This document shows positions 34,826 through 46,335 of a stretch of DNA of 64,000 nt, in pieces (the first letter of the stretch is position 1; each line of letters opens with the position of its first letter). The position numbers were made by a program, and so were the translations under genes. The notes beneath the pieces were generated by a model that had not been told where the DNA came from, made no database searches, and saw only the letters and a program-made list of their open reading frames with translations. The DNA is from Batkoa obscura. Its lineage: Eukaryota. The stretch covers positions 558,001 to 622,000 of the forward strand of contig JASVEC010000010.1 in NCBI GenBank assembly GCA_030770535.1, written 5' to 3'.

Positions 34826-37036
34826 TTATTCACCTAAAGGCCTAAGATTAACCATCAAAGTAGAAGATCTAGAAGCAGTATGTTTACCAACCACTTTTTT
34901 TAAAGCATCAGTAATGGAATTGATGGGGAAAATTTTTATCCCCTTTTCAATATTTCTGGGCTTAGGGTTAGGGAAAGCCATTATTTTGCGAAATAAAGTT
35001 TGATAATCCTTGGTATTCCTAGAAATTGTTATTGGTGTAAAAAGTTCCAAATTCCTACGAATTCGATTTTTTTCTTCTAAGGTAAAGATTACTTGTAATA
35101 AAAATTCTAATAGATTCACTAAATCCACTGATGTTACAAAATGTGACTCTTTATCGTCACTAGAAATAATAGATATTACGCTATGTTCAAAAGGAAGGAA
35201 CAAGGTGTCTTGTTCCTTATCTTTGTATTGTTTTGATTCAATCATATACTCTTCTTGAGAAATTACTTCAAAGGAGCAATATAACGTATTTTCACTATGT
35301 CTTCGATTAAATTTTATCAACCTACGCCCAAAATCAGTTTCATTTTTAGTCCTAATTCAATTTATAAATAAAAGCTTATAATAATTTCTAATAATTTCAA
35401 CTTACCAACTTTCAACAAATTGTTTAACATCAGACTCAAAGATCAACTCAGCCCGATTTAATACACCATGAAATGAAGCAGTATTAAAAGTGATTTTCTT
35501 ATCATCATTGGGACTTGTTAGATCATTCATCTTTTTACTAAATATTTTCTTATTCAATTTCAACTCAAGCTTTTGTTCTCCTTTTTTCCTTTTATTAGGT
35601 GGCTCTGAAGAATCTTCCTTTACATTCAACTTTGGCTTCAGTTTACTTCCATTGCCCATAGGAACTAATTTCTTTTCCCTAGGTTTATTGCTTTCGCTAG
35701 GTGGAGATAAAGTACTAGGAGTTGAATTTGGCTCTGAGGTAGTACTTAATTGATTTTCACATGAATTAGTTTCCACTAACCCAGGAGATCTTTTAGCTTG
35801 ATTACTTTTATAATGTGTCTTTGCTAATGTCATATTCATTCCACTAATTTGGTTAACACCGTCTTCTGGAGATCTGCTATTATTAATCTCTTTGCTCTTA
35901 CTTTTTCTCCTTTTTATTTCTTTTACATTACTAAATTTATTAATTGTTTTTTCCTGTGGTGTTGTCCTCATTTCATTTACTCCATTCATTAATGTCGGTT
36001 CTGCATATTTGGCATGCATTTTTTGTTCACTCTGTACTAAATCAAATACATTGTTATCAAACAACCTATCTTTATAATAAAGCAACATACTATCATTATT
36101 AACTAGATTTAATCCTCCTATAGTAGTACCAATATTATTAGCATGGATATTTGAATTATTTATAGTAGTAAATAAAGTAGGATCAAATCCACTATTACTA
36201 AACGCTGGGCTTAAGAAGGGGTCATAAAGGGATTGGCTTGCTAACATTTCTTTTTCGCTTTGACTTGGATAATAGTTAGTAGATTCTAAACTACTCCTTA
36301 AATGGTTCATATATGTTCCCATTCGTAGTCTAGGCTGGGGTGGATTAGCAGAGTGCAAATCATATGTCATTGGAAGAATTTGACTATAATTGTTATAGCC
36401 AAATAATGGTTGGTATGTTTGGTATAAATCATTTCTTGGTTGATGATCTACTTTATAATCATAGCTCGTAGTATTTATAATTAAATTTTCATGAGCTATA
36501 TTTACAGTGTCATTATTAGTACTCATCGTTAGATTATCATTTGTGAAATTATTAGCTACATCAAAAAATTTCTCATTACTATTCATCATGCTTATACTAT
36601 CAGTAGTAACTCCGGTGCTAATATTAACGCTAGATTGATTGGTTACTATACAAGCATCTACATTGTTGGTATTAGTCGGTATACTTGGGTTAATACTAGT
36701 GGTATAAACGAAATCCCCAAAGCACCAGTTTCGAATTGGAATTTCCATATTTCCTTCAAAAGTTACCGAAACTACGTAAAGAGGAGCTTTATTATCAAAC
36801 CAACCAATTTCTTCCATCTTTGGTAAAATGGCACTCAACTGTATATAACCTCTCGCCGATAACCATTGTACAGTATCTAATAACTTCATTCCAATAGCTA
36901 ATTTTAAATTTAAATTCATTAATTCTGGACATTTTTCTAATTGTGCTGTTATCCTTTCCCCTGGTTCACCAAGACGAGGAAAATATTCAAAAACTCTTAC
37001 GGGTAAAGTTTGAAATCCAAAAGAGTGCATCAACAT
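34826..37036 (-). CDS. medA: Medusa (MedA)-like developmental transcription regulator; intron 35352-35405 joins the two listed ORFs
   Basis: C-terminal VTSVDLVNLLE...EEKNRIRRNLE...IMAFPNPKPRNIEK...ALKKVVGK matches the conserved MedA domain. Splice TG|GTAAG...TAG|G restores SWTKNETDFGRRLIKF. Confidence 0.85.
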
Positions 37037-39544
37037 TTTGAGTTTATTTTGATGAAGATGCTAAAAAAAAGTAGAACAAAGGCATGAGCAATGTTATTAT
37101 TGAAATATGATATATGACTACCTTCAATTAACTTGTAATTTTTAAATGATATTTAATAATGAAAAAGAACTTATTGGTTTATAATCTGTAATTTAAATAA
37201 AAAATCTTCACTCATATTTATAAATTTATTCTTAAAGAATAGTTAAATGGATTAAATTTGGTTTTTAAGCAGGTAAATTTGAAATTTGGCTTGGTTTCTC
37301 GCAATGAACCATAAAATTGAGTTGCAATCAAAGCTTTATCGAACATTAACTAAGAGAACAAAGTAACTCCTTTTAATAACACAACCTATAGCTTAAAATC
37401 AAAATTAGTATCAGCATAATAATAACTAAAGAGCGTTAAATAATACATATTTGCTCCATAAAGCGATGGACAAATTAATAGTATATGGTTACTTCACCAT
37501 AAATAATGGAAGCTTAAGGGTGACCCATTAAAAGTTCCATATAAGTAAGAAGCCAATCTAATTATAGTAAAATTCTAAAAATAACCCTGAAATTTTAAGG
37601 ATTAATTCAAGTGTTTTCTTTCTACCACTTCTTTTTTATTGGCTTATTATGCTTGTACTCATCGTTACTCCAATTAAACCGTGGGAAAGTTGTAAGCAAG
37701 TGTAAGCATCCCTTATTGTTAACTTTCGAATAATAAAATCAATTTCTTGGTTTTCAATTTAATAGGTTAAATAGCGCCAGTTATAAACTTATGTTTCAGT
37801 TTTTAGTTTACTTTAAATTATATTTATTTTACTTTTAAATAAAAATCAATTAATTATAATGTTAATAGCTTAAATTATACGTTTAAGAAGTAAATGTCAT
37901 ATATTAGATATATTTAGATGGTTAAAATTTAACCGCTTCATTTCAATAGTCCTCGAAGAATAATAATAAGTTATTATAAATAGACGAAGTTATTAAGTAT
38001 ACTATAAAGTTTATAAAAAATAATATAAAGGCTATAACATAACACATAAAGTTAAAACTTATCCAATAAATTGAACGTGAAAGGGGCCATAATTTCGAAC
38101 TCAAGTAGCAACATCTCAATTTTTTAAAACTTGGCCAATTATGTATTGCTAGGTTGAGATTTTGGTGTTCGGTTATTAAATGTAAAAATTTTATTTTTAA
38201 GCTAGAACATTATTTTTAGTTAAAATTATTGGCTAAACAAAAAAGTATTTTGCAATATTTAAAAGTAAAGTTTAATTTAACTTTTTAGGGTTTACAGCTA
38301 TTGATGATATACATAAGTTGAATCTATTAGTAATTAATACTATTAATCGATTTTTCTCTCTAATTTATTATTTGTAATAATGAGCTATTAATAGTGTTCT
38401 TTAGCATATAATAAGTAACTAAATCGCTATACTATTAGCTAAGTTTCATGGAAGAATTAGCATACTGAAGTTATAAATTTATTAGGAGCACTCTTCACAA
38501 CATAAATATATATCTAGTGAAATATAATGATGTCAAATGCTATTGAGCTATTGCGATAATACTCATGAAACTTTAAATGGTTTAAAAACAAAGTTTTTTA
38601 TATTCGTTATTTTTAATATACTCAAGCTGTTCTATTAAATTAACTCACTAAATTTTGTTTTTTCGAAAAAAGCTATCAAACCTGTATACTCTTATATTAA
38701 AAGCACCTGCTTTACTATTATTATGTTAAATAATCGTATTTCTTTGTGTAATTATTTTTAAATTTCAAACATTTTGAAATATTACCTAATATGGTAATAA
38801 ATCCAGTTAAATGCAATTCATCTTTTTATGACAATGATAAAGTAAAGACCATAAGTACAGCTTTTGATTAGTTATTTAATAAATATAATAGCTTTTTATT
38901 TTATTTTAAGTGATATTAAACATAATCAATCATCACATACATACACGCTGTTTATACTTTTTACAAATTTTTCAAAATACATTTCAACTCATTTGATATT
39001 TTTAAGTTTGGTCATAATACCCGGGTTAAAAGCTACATGTAATTCAAATTCAGAATAAAATTTGTTCATGAAGAAAATCACATTAGTTCCGTATTTAATA
39101 CCCGATTATCTGAATAAACATGTACCTAGTTTTCTAAAATTTTCCGCTCTTCCTATCCACCCTTAACCCTTTGCTTTGATTATAATTTATAGGCAACTTG
39201 TTCCTATTATTTTGGCTTTTCATCCAAAATTTAAAAATGCTTCATCTCTTCTTCCCCATAACCATATGAGGTTAAACATATAAAGACCTAAATACAAGTC
39301 GCCCTAGTAAAATATGACTTTTGAGTTCAGCTTACAAGAATTTAGAGATCTTATAAGGATCTATCAACTTTATTTGATATCTCCCCTACCTTTATGATGT
39401 CTTACTTTAGCTCTTTCCTTCTTCACAACTAAAAGCACCTAAGATTCGCTTATTGATTTTTTAAGACTGTATTAAAAGAGAACAATACTGAATATAAAAT
39501 AATTGACCATATTTCAAATCAAAAGTTTATAATTGCTGTAAAAT

Positions 39545-39642
39545 GGAAATGTATTTTTGTATTTAAGAATTTTGCTAACAATTTTTTCACTCAAATGATA
39601 CTTAAAAGATGGAAAAAATAGTGAAGCCAAAAAAACATCCCT
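39545..39642 (+). mobile_element. ~98-bp MITE copy
   Basis: GGAAATGTATTTTTG...AAAAACATCCCT; flanks AAAT/AAGT. Confidence 0.88.
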
Positions 39643-39746
39643 AAGTAGTCTTCTTTGATTTTAATTGATCTAATAATTATTATACATAAAACTTACACTT
39701 TTTTGATATATAAAAATCAACAACTTTGAGTTGTTAAACATAATTA

Positions 39747-39843
39747 GGGGATGTATTTTTTTGTTTAAGAATTTTACCAACATCTTTCCACTCAAATAGC
39801 GCTTAAGAAATGGAAAAATAATGAAGCCAAAAAAAACATCCCC
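39747..39843 (+). mobile_element. ~98-bp MITE copy (young)
   Basis: Perfect TIR GGGGATGT/ACATCCCC and TSD ATTA. Confidence 0.95.
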
Positions 39844-39912
39844 ATTATTTATGAATGGATACACTTCTTATATTTATTTTCTATAGTTGTAACTATAACA
39901 AAAGTAATATAT

Positions 39913-40007
39913 GGGGATATCTCTTTTTAAGAAACTTACTAATGTATTTTCCGCTTAATAGCACTTAGAAAATGGAAAAAGTGATAAAACCAAAAAAAAA
40001 TATCACC
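39913..40007 (+). mobile_element. ~98-bp MITE copy, followed by a partial inverted copy (40012-~40050)
   Basis: ATAT|GGGGATAT...ATATCACC|ATAT|GGGAGTGTTTTTTTTGACTTCATTA. Confidence 0.85.
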
Positions 40008-40062
40008 ATATGGGAGTGTTTTTTTTGACTTCATTATTTAAGGGATCTTTTAAATAGTATAT

Positions 40063-40160
40063 GGGGATGTTTTTTTTGATTTCATTACTTTTCCGTTTTT
40101 TAAGCGCTACTTGAGTGGAAAGATTGTTAGTAAAATTATTAAACAAAAAAATACATCCCC
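40063..40160 (-). mobile_element. 98-bp MITE copy (young, best consensus representative)
   Basis: Perfect TIR GGGGATGT/ACATCCCC and TSD ATAT. Confidence 0.95.
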
Positions 40161-40454
40161 ATATGGAGATGCATTTTCTTATTTCGCTACCAATTTTTCT
40201 ACTCAAATAGCACTCAAACCGAAAAAGTAATGAAACTGTGAAATCTGGTACTCAGTGATTTGAGTCAAGGACAGCTATTGCTTGGTTGACTACTCTATAA
40301 GTTAAAAAGCCTTAGTTTATATGACTAAGATAGACTTGGATTATGAAGAATGGCACGTAGTAGGCTACGGACTATGTAAGACAAATAGAATAGACAATAC
40401 TAATGTAAAATCTACGTAAAATACTATTAAGTAAAGTTAGTGGCTTTATTAAAT

Positions 40455-40654
40455 GGGGGTGTTTTTTTTGGCTTCATTAGAGGATGTATTTTTGTATTTA
40501 AGAATTTTACTAACAATTTTTTCATTCAAATAGCGCTTAAAAGATGGAAAAAATAGTGAAGCTAAAAAAACATCCCCGTTACTTTACCATCTTTTAAACA
40601 CTATTTGAATGAAAAAATTATTAGCGAAATTCTTAAACACAAAAATACATCTCC
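40455..40654 (-). mobile_element. MITE nested in the solo LTR, itself interrupted by another MITE
   Basis: TSD AAAT at 40451-40454 and 40655-40658. Confidence 0.88.
40480..40577 (+). mobile_element. Innermost 98-bp MITE
   Basis: GAGGATGT/ACATCCCC termini; flanks ATTA/GTTA. Confidence 0.9.
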
Positions 40655-41032
40655 AAATGTTCGAGATATTAGGGAATAATTCAGTTAAAAAGCCTCGAGC
40701 TATTATGTTTTAGAACCTCTTTTATATTCCGACAAGTATATATATCAAAACAAGAGGATAACGTTCTTTGAGACAAGATATAAGTCCTTATATCAAATCA
40801 AAATAAGAGGATTGGGATTGATTGTCTCTGAAACCAAAAACACAATAACTTAAGTGATTGTTATGTTATAATTAATCATGGGGCTGACAAAGCGATATTT
40901 CACAAAACCAAAAAAAAGCTAATCACAATAACAACTGGCTTATTTTTAAATGGTTTATTAAATAAATCATTTTTTAAAAGTATACTTTTTGAAGAATAAT
41001 ATTCGTCTACTATTTAAACATTTTAATTAAAT

Positions 41033-41126
41033 AAAAATGTTTTTTTTGTTTAATAAATTATTAACATTTTTTGTTCCTCAATGATGCTTGAATAAACAAA
41101 ATAATGAGACTTAAAAAAACATCCTC
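41033..41126 (+). mobile_element. Old, degenerate MITE copy
   Basis: AAAT|AAAAATGTTTTT...AAAAAAACATCCTC|AAAT. Confidence 0.6.
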
Positions 41127-41177
41127 AAATAATATTTAAAGATATTTGTCTTTTATAAAAAAAATATAGGGACATGT

Positions 41178-41277
41178 GAGAATGTATTTTTGTGTTTAAG
41201 AATTTCACTAACAATTTTTCCACTCAAATGATGCTTAAAAGATGAAAAAAACAATGAAGCAAAAAAAAAACACCCCT
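41178..41277 (+). mobile_element. ~98-bp MITE copy
   Basis: GAGAATGTATTTTTG...AAAAACACCCCT; flanks ATGT/ATAT. Confidence 0.88.
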
Positions 41278-41421
41278 ATATCGTTTTTATTTTTTTATAA
41301 TTTATAGTTTTCGCCTAATAATATTTTTTCACAAATCATATTAAAAACAAGTATTTAAGAATTAATATAACTGTTAAACAAATTCAACTTTAAAAATATA
41401 AACTATTGTTTAATTAAATAT

Positions 41422-41516
41422 GGGAATGTTTTTTTTGGCTTCATCACTTTTTCCATTTTTAAGCGCCATTTGAACGGAAAGATTAATAGTAAAATTAAAT
41501 GAAAAGATACATCTGC
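41422..41516 (-). mobile_element. ~98-bp MITE copy
   Basis: ATAT|GGGAATGT...ACATCTGC|ATAT. Confidence 0.88.
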
Positions 41517-41920
41517 ATATTAAAAGCTAATTTAATTAAATTATTTGAAGTATTTAAAATAACTATTAATAAAAAGCAAGCTGATAATTAACTCTTTATT
41601 AGTTTTATTATCTATATACATAACAATAAAAAATAAGGATACCTAAATGATCAAATCAGTATTAGAAATATTATAGTTTAATTTAATAATTATTTTATTA
41701 GATATAAAGTTATTATAACAATGCTAGTATTGCTATTAGTTTTCAAATCAAATTTAATAATTTAAAATTAAAATAAAGTTTATTCAAGTATATTGATAAT
41801 AAATTATTGAGACACAACAATATCAATTAGGATTCACATACTTTTTATTAACATCAAAATAAAATAAATACATTTAACTAAAAAACTGAAATCTAATAAC
41901 AAAATAAAGAACCACTTATT

Positions 41921-42016
41921 GGGATGTTTTTTGGTTTCATGAGTTTTTCCATTTTTTAAGCGCTATTTGAGTAGAAAGATTATTAGTAAAGTTGTTAAGC
42001 AAAAGAATACATTCCC
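41921..42016 (-). mobile_element. ~98-bp MITE copy
   Basis: GGGATGTTTTTTGGTTTCA...AATACATTCCC. Confidence 0.85.
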
Positions 42017-42544
42017 ATGTCATAATAATTTAAAAGTAACATTTACATTGTTCCACAATAGAAATTTAACTACAAAGATAAGTCACAGCTACAGAGATAA
42101 ATAAATAGTGAACAATGAATAATGTATAATATATAATATACAACAATAAAAATTAATTTAATAACCTATTTGAACAATCATATTAATTACAAAACAATTA
42201 AAGCGTAAATAGAAACAAAAATTAAATGATCTAAAGTAGCACTCATGTTATTTTATAATAAAAATATAATCACAAACATAAGTCCCAGTTACAAAGATAA
42301 TCAACAATCAATTATTTAACATTAATTGACCTAAACAAACATATTAAATATCACATATAAAACCTAATTAATTAACACCATAAAATTCCCACGATTTGAA
42401 GTATTAAACCTACTGAAACTATCAAAGATAATTAAGCAGTTTAACTGAAAGTACTCTAATTTAATAACCATTGTTATAAAATATTTAAACTAATATATAC
42501 AATAATACGATTACTAGTATCAATTTAAGCCCAAGCAAAGGCTA

Positions 42545-42591
42545 CACGTGGGGATCGAACATCAAACTTGGAAATAAAGTTAGCACGTGGG
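42545..42591 (+). promoter_or_regulatory. Two CACGTGGG boxes (Pho4/NUC-1-type bHLH sites)
   Basis: CACGTGGG at 42545 and 42584, about 360-400 bp upstream of the PPN1-like ATG, in very AT-rich DNA. Confidence 0.65.
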
Positions 42592-42943
42592 CTAAGCTTT
42601 TGGATATTAATTGAAATTTTAACCAGAGAAAGAAAAGAGCCAATAAATAACAAAGAAAAAATTATTGAACTTAAAAAGAGAATAAAGAATACTAAAGAAA
42701 TTCAAAGCAAAACTTTTATGTCCCATGGAATTTTAATTCGGATTGCTTAGTGGAGTAGTTTAACAATTATTTGATTACTTTGTTCCCCTCAAGTTAAAAT
42801 GGGATTATTAAAAGCCATATTATGAAATAATTCCCTCATCTTTTTATCATCATTTTAGATTTTAGACATTTTAGACTCATATATAAATACCCAGTAAAAT
42901 AGTAATTTAATTATATTAATTCCATACTCTTCTTTTATAAAAG

Positions 42944-44390
42944 ATGCCATCCATATTCAATTTACCAATTCATTATTTATTTTTATTTATATTAATTATC
43001 AATTTAATTCTAATATGTAATTTATCACTATTAAGTAGTAGTAATATTAATACTAATATTGAAGATTCTTCTTTAAAATCGGAGAACATCAATAATAACT
43101 TTGGGAACTTTTTACATATCACTGGCAAGTATAAAATAGCAATACATTATTTAATAATAACTATGTTAACTTTATGTTTTAGATATTCATGAAGATATGA
43201 ATTATATAAAAGGAGCGACAGTAGATAGTTATTGTCATCGAAAAGGAAAACCAAATGATAAAAAAGGTGGTAAATATGGAGCATTAGGAAGTAAATGTGA
43301 TAGTCCACATACTTTAGTTAAAGAGAGTTTTGATTTTATGAAAAAAGAATTTGAAAATCAAATAGATTTTATTATTGATACAGGAGATAGTATAAGGCAT
43401 AATAGAGATAAATCTTTATTAAGAGATGATTCAGAGATATTAAGTTCACATAAGAGAACAGTAGAATATTACAAGAATGCATTTGATTTAAATAAGATGA
43501 CAGTAATACCTAATTTGGGAAATAACGATATTTTTATTCATAATGAATTCAATACTAATTCAAGTATATTAAAAGAATTAGCTAAGATTTGGTTACCTTA
43601 CAGATTAAATTTAGAAAATAATCCAACCTTTTTAAAAGGAGGGTATTTTAAAATGGATTTATCAGAGAGTATTAAAGTATTATCATTAAATACATTAATT
43701 TGGTATAAAAGGAATTCAATATTGAAAGATTGTAATGAAGATAGTATTGGCTATGAACAATTAATCTGGTTAAAACAAGAACTAAATGAAGCAATGAATC
43801 AAAACTATAAAGTTTATATAACTGGACATGTACCTCCACATAAACCGAATGGTAAAGCATTATATAAAAAACAATGTTATAAAAAATATATCAATTTAAT
43901 TGGAAGATATTCATTAGTAATTAATGGGTATTTTCATGGTCATACTAATTCTGATTATATTTCTATATTAGTTAAATATAAAAATAAAGACAAGAAAAAA
44001 TTTCGATATGCTAAAGAAAATAATTGGAATTTTAAATTGATTACATTAACTCAAGATAAACCTTCCTTTACTTTATCACCAGCTGAAATTGTAACTGTAA
44101 TGACCAATGGACCTTCTATATTACCTATTAATAATCCAGCTGTTAGATTATATACTTATGATCGTAATCGAAAAGGTATATTAATTAAGTATATTCAATA
44201 TTATGTCAATCTTACTCAATCGAATTTGGATCAAAAGTTACAATTTAGTATTGAATATGACACTAAATTAACTTATAAAATGCAAGATTTATCTATTACT
44301 TCTTGGAAATTATTTTTAATTCAATTACTTAAATCAAAATCAAATTTCTATTCTATTTATTCGAAATTTATTAAAGTATCAACTAAATGA
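42944..44390 (+). CDS. PPN1: Endopolyphosphatase Ppn1 / acid-sphingomyelinase-like metallophosphoesterase; GC-AG intron 43125-43182
   Basis: N-terminal TM or signal anchor. Motifs FLHITDIH (after splicing), CDSP, TGDSIRH, LGNND, GHVPP, FHGHTN, PSILPINNPAVRLY. Confidence 0.85.
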
Positions 44391-44514
44391 ATCACATAAG
44401 TTGAAGTTAAGCTAAGTCAAGTATGACTATTATTAAATAAAGATGCATAATAAAATAAATAAACTTTCTAATTTATATCATTTATAATTTTATTTATTCT
44501 AGCTACCTGGAACT

Positions 44515-45054
44515 TTAATTCCTATTTTTCAACAAGCCTAAGCTTTGCATTTTCTTTGCGAAAGTAGGGGTAAGAGCGGCGGTAAGAGGCACTCTAATAG
44601 GCACGAGTAATTTATGAATAGAATAAGCGACTGCAAAAGTAGACCAAAAAGAAGGTTTATTATTTTCGGATAATTCAAATTGCTTCTCAATCCCAATTAA
44701 ATTTAATAAATTTTGTAATTGAGATTGTAAATAAAACACTTGTTCTTCACCACCAAAATGTAATAATGAAAAAGTAATACTAAGATCAATTAAGGAGATA
44801 CCATTGTAAACTATAAATGCAGCTAATCCATATTTTTTCATTAAATCTTTAAGACCTAATTTGGCTGGTGGTGAGCTTGGAGTATCATTTGTTTTTGGTG
44901 CAGAATTCTTCTCTTTGAATGTGTTTTGTGTAATTTGAGTTGCTACAATCCATCGATTTTGATTTAATTTAAAATTATTTAATAATAATTGATTATTAAA
45001 TAAAATGGTACTATTCTTTGATTTAGTCCATAATAATCTATTCAATCTCATCAT
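44515..45054 (-). CDS. Mitochondrial DUF1279 protein (FAM210/Nat2-like)
   Basis: Basic N-terminal presequence; LKDLMKKYG...; FAVAYSIHKLLVPIRVPLTAALTP. Confidence 0.88.
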   Translation of the reverse strand: MMRLNRLLWTKSKNSTILFNNQLLLNNFKLNQNRWIVATQITQNTFKEKNSAPKTNDTPSSPPAKLGLKDLMKKYGLAAFIVYNGISLIDLSITFSLLHFGGEEQVFYLQSQLQNLLNLIGIEKQFELSENNKPSFWSTFAVAYSIHKLLVPIRVPLTAALTPTFAKKMQSLGLLKNRN

Positions 45055-45553
45055 TTTCCTGTTTATTGATCTCTTTTTCTATGATTTATGTCTAGTCTTA
45101 AGATAAGCTTTTATATATTGATTACACTAATACTATATTGTTAACTTAAAGTTTAAAATTCACTTTTTAATTTTTATCTAATAAAAAAAGTGATATCTGA
45201 CATCATTCTATCAATTAAAAATATTGATATAGCTCCTTTCTACTAATCCAACCAATAGGAAATTAGATTAGTTTAATGAGTTATGGAGTTGAATTAAATT
45301 ATAGTTTATATTACTAAAGAATCCAATGTAAATAGTAGCATTCAGATATTAAAAATTCTATTATTATCAAAAAGAACATCAAAAGCCAACTTAGAATCTT
45401 GAAAAAACCAATGAAACTAAAACAAGTAATTTTTTTATAAAAAATACAAATTCTTCGAATTTTAATACTTCAAACAATAATTACAATAATCATATAATAA
45501 GCATTAAATAATTCGATAACATTTAGCAGAAGCTTTCTAATTTTTTAAAAAAG

Positions 45554-46302
45554 ATGAATTTAAAGCCTCAATTGTTTTTAATTATACTTGGAATTTTATT
45601 TCATCTCATTTATATCTTTTCCATTTTTGATATTTATTTTACTTCTCCTCTTGTGAAAGGACAAGAGTCGTATAAAGTAGAATTACCACCATTAGCTAAA
45701 CGATTAGTATTAATAGTAGGTAAGTCATTATTTAGATGAATTATATTTTATAAAACTTTCTTTTATATTAATATTTTCTTCAATTCATAGGTGATGGTTT
45801 AAGAGCAGATACCTTTTATAAAGATAATCCAAAAGTATTGGCACCGTTTTTACATTCGATTATTAGAGAAAAAGGTAGCGGTGGTATTTCTAATACTAGA
45901 GTACCAACTGAATCGAGACCAGGTCATGTGGCTATTATTGCAGGATTTTATGAAGATGTGTCAGCTGTAACAAAAGGTATTATTTGATATATTAACTAAA
46001 TTAAAGAAATCATTATAAAGAAAGTTAAAAAAAGTATATGAAAATTGAATCCATCGATAGGAATTAATTGAAATATTCCAATAGTAATTAATTAAAAATG
46101 TTTTAGGTTGGTCATTAAATCCAGTACCTTTTGATTCTGTATTTAATCAATCAAATAAAGTGTTTTCTTATGGCTCGCCAGATATATTACCTATGTTTAA
46201 AGAAGGAGCAAAATATCCAGAAAATGTAATTTGTAGTATGTATCATGAAGATGAAGAAGATTTTTCAAAAGGTAAACATTATTAAGAGTATTATAAATCA
46301 TT

Positions 46303-46335
<33 letters not shown>

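Larger units (their letters stand above)
40237..40904. mobile_element. Solo LTR (~464 bp net of nested MITEs), termini TGTGAAAT/ATTTCACA, TSD AAAC
   Basis: TG...CA ends with an 8-bp inverted repeat. AAAC at 40233-40236 and 40905-40908. Homologous fragment at 6666-6832. Confidence 0.88.
40165..40921 (+). mobile_element. MITE copy split by a solo LTR insertion
   Basis: GGAGATGCATTTT...AAAAAGTAATGAAAC stops at 40236 and resumes (AAAC)CAAAAAAAA at 40905. Confidence 0.8.

Noticed and set aside
39670..40206. ORFs 39670-39864 and 40003-40206
   Set aside because: Chance frames through MITE sequence.
39545..42016. CRISPR-like or tandem array interpretation of the recurring ~98-bp repeat
   Set aside because: Copies are in both orientations, irregularly spaced, nested and flanked by 4-bp TSDs. 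They are MITEs in a eukaryotic genome.
42568..42750. 60-aa ORF upstream of PPN1-like (and similar ORFs at 15155, 28138, 38864, 54810)
   Set aside because: Short, some with non-ATG starts, no motifs; they lie in promoter or intergenic DNA.
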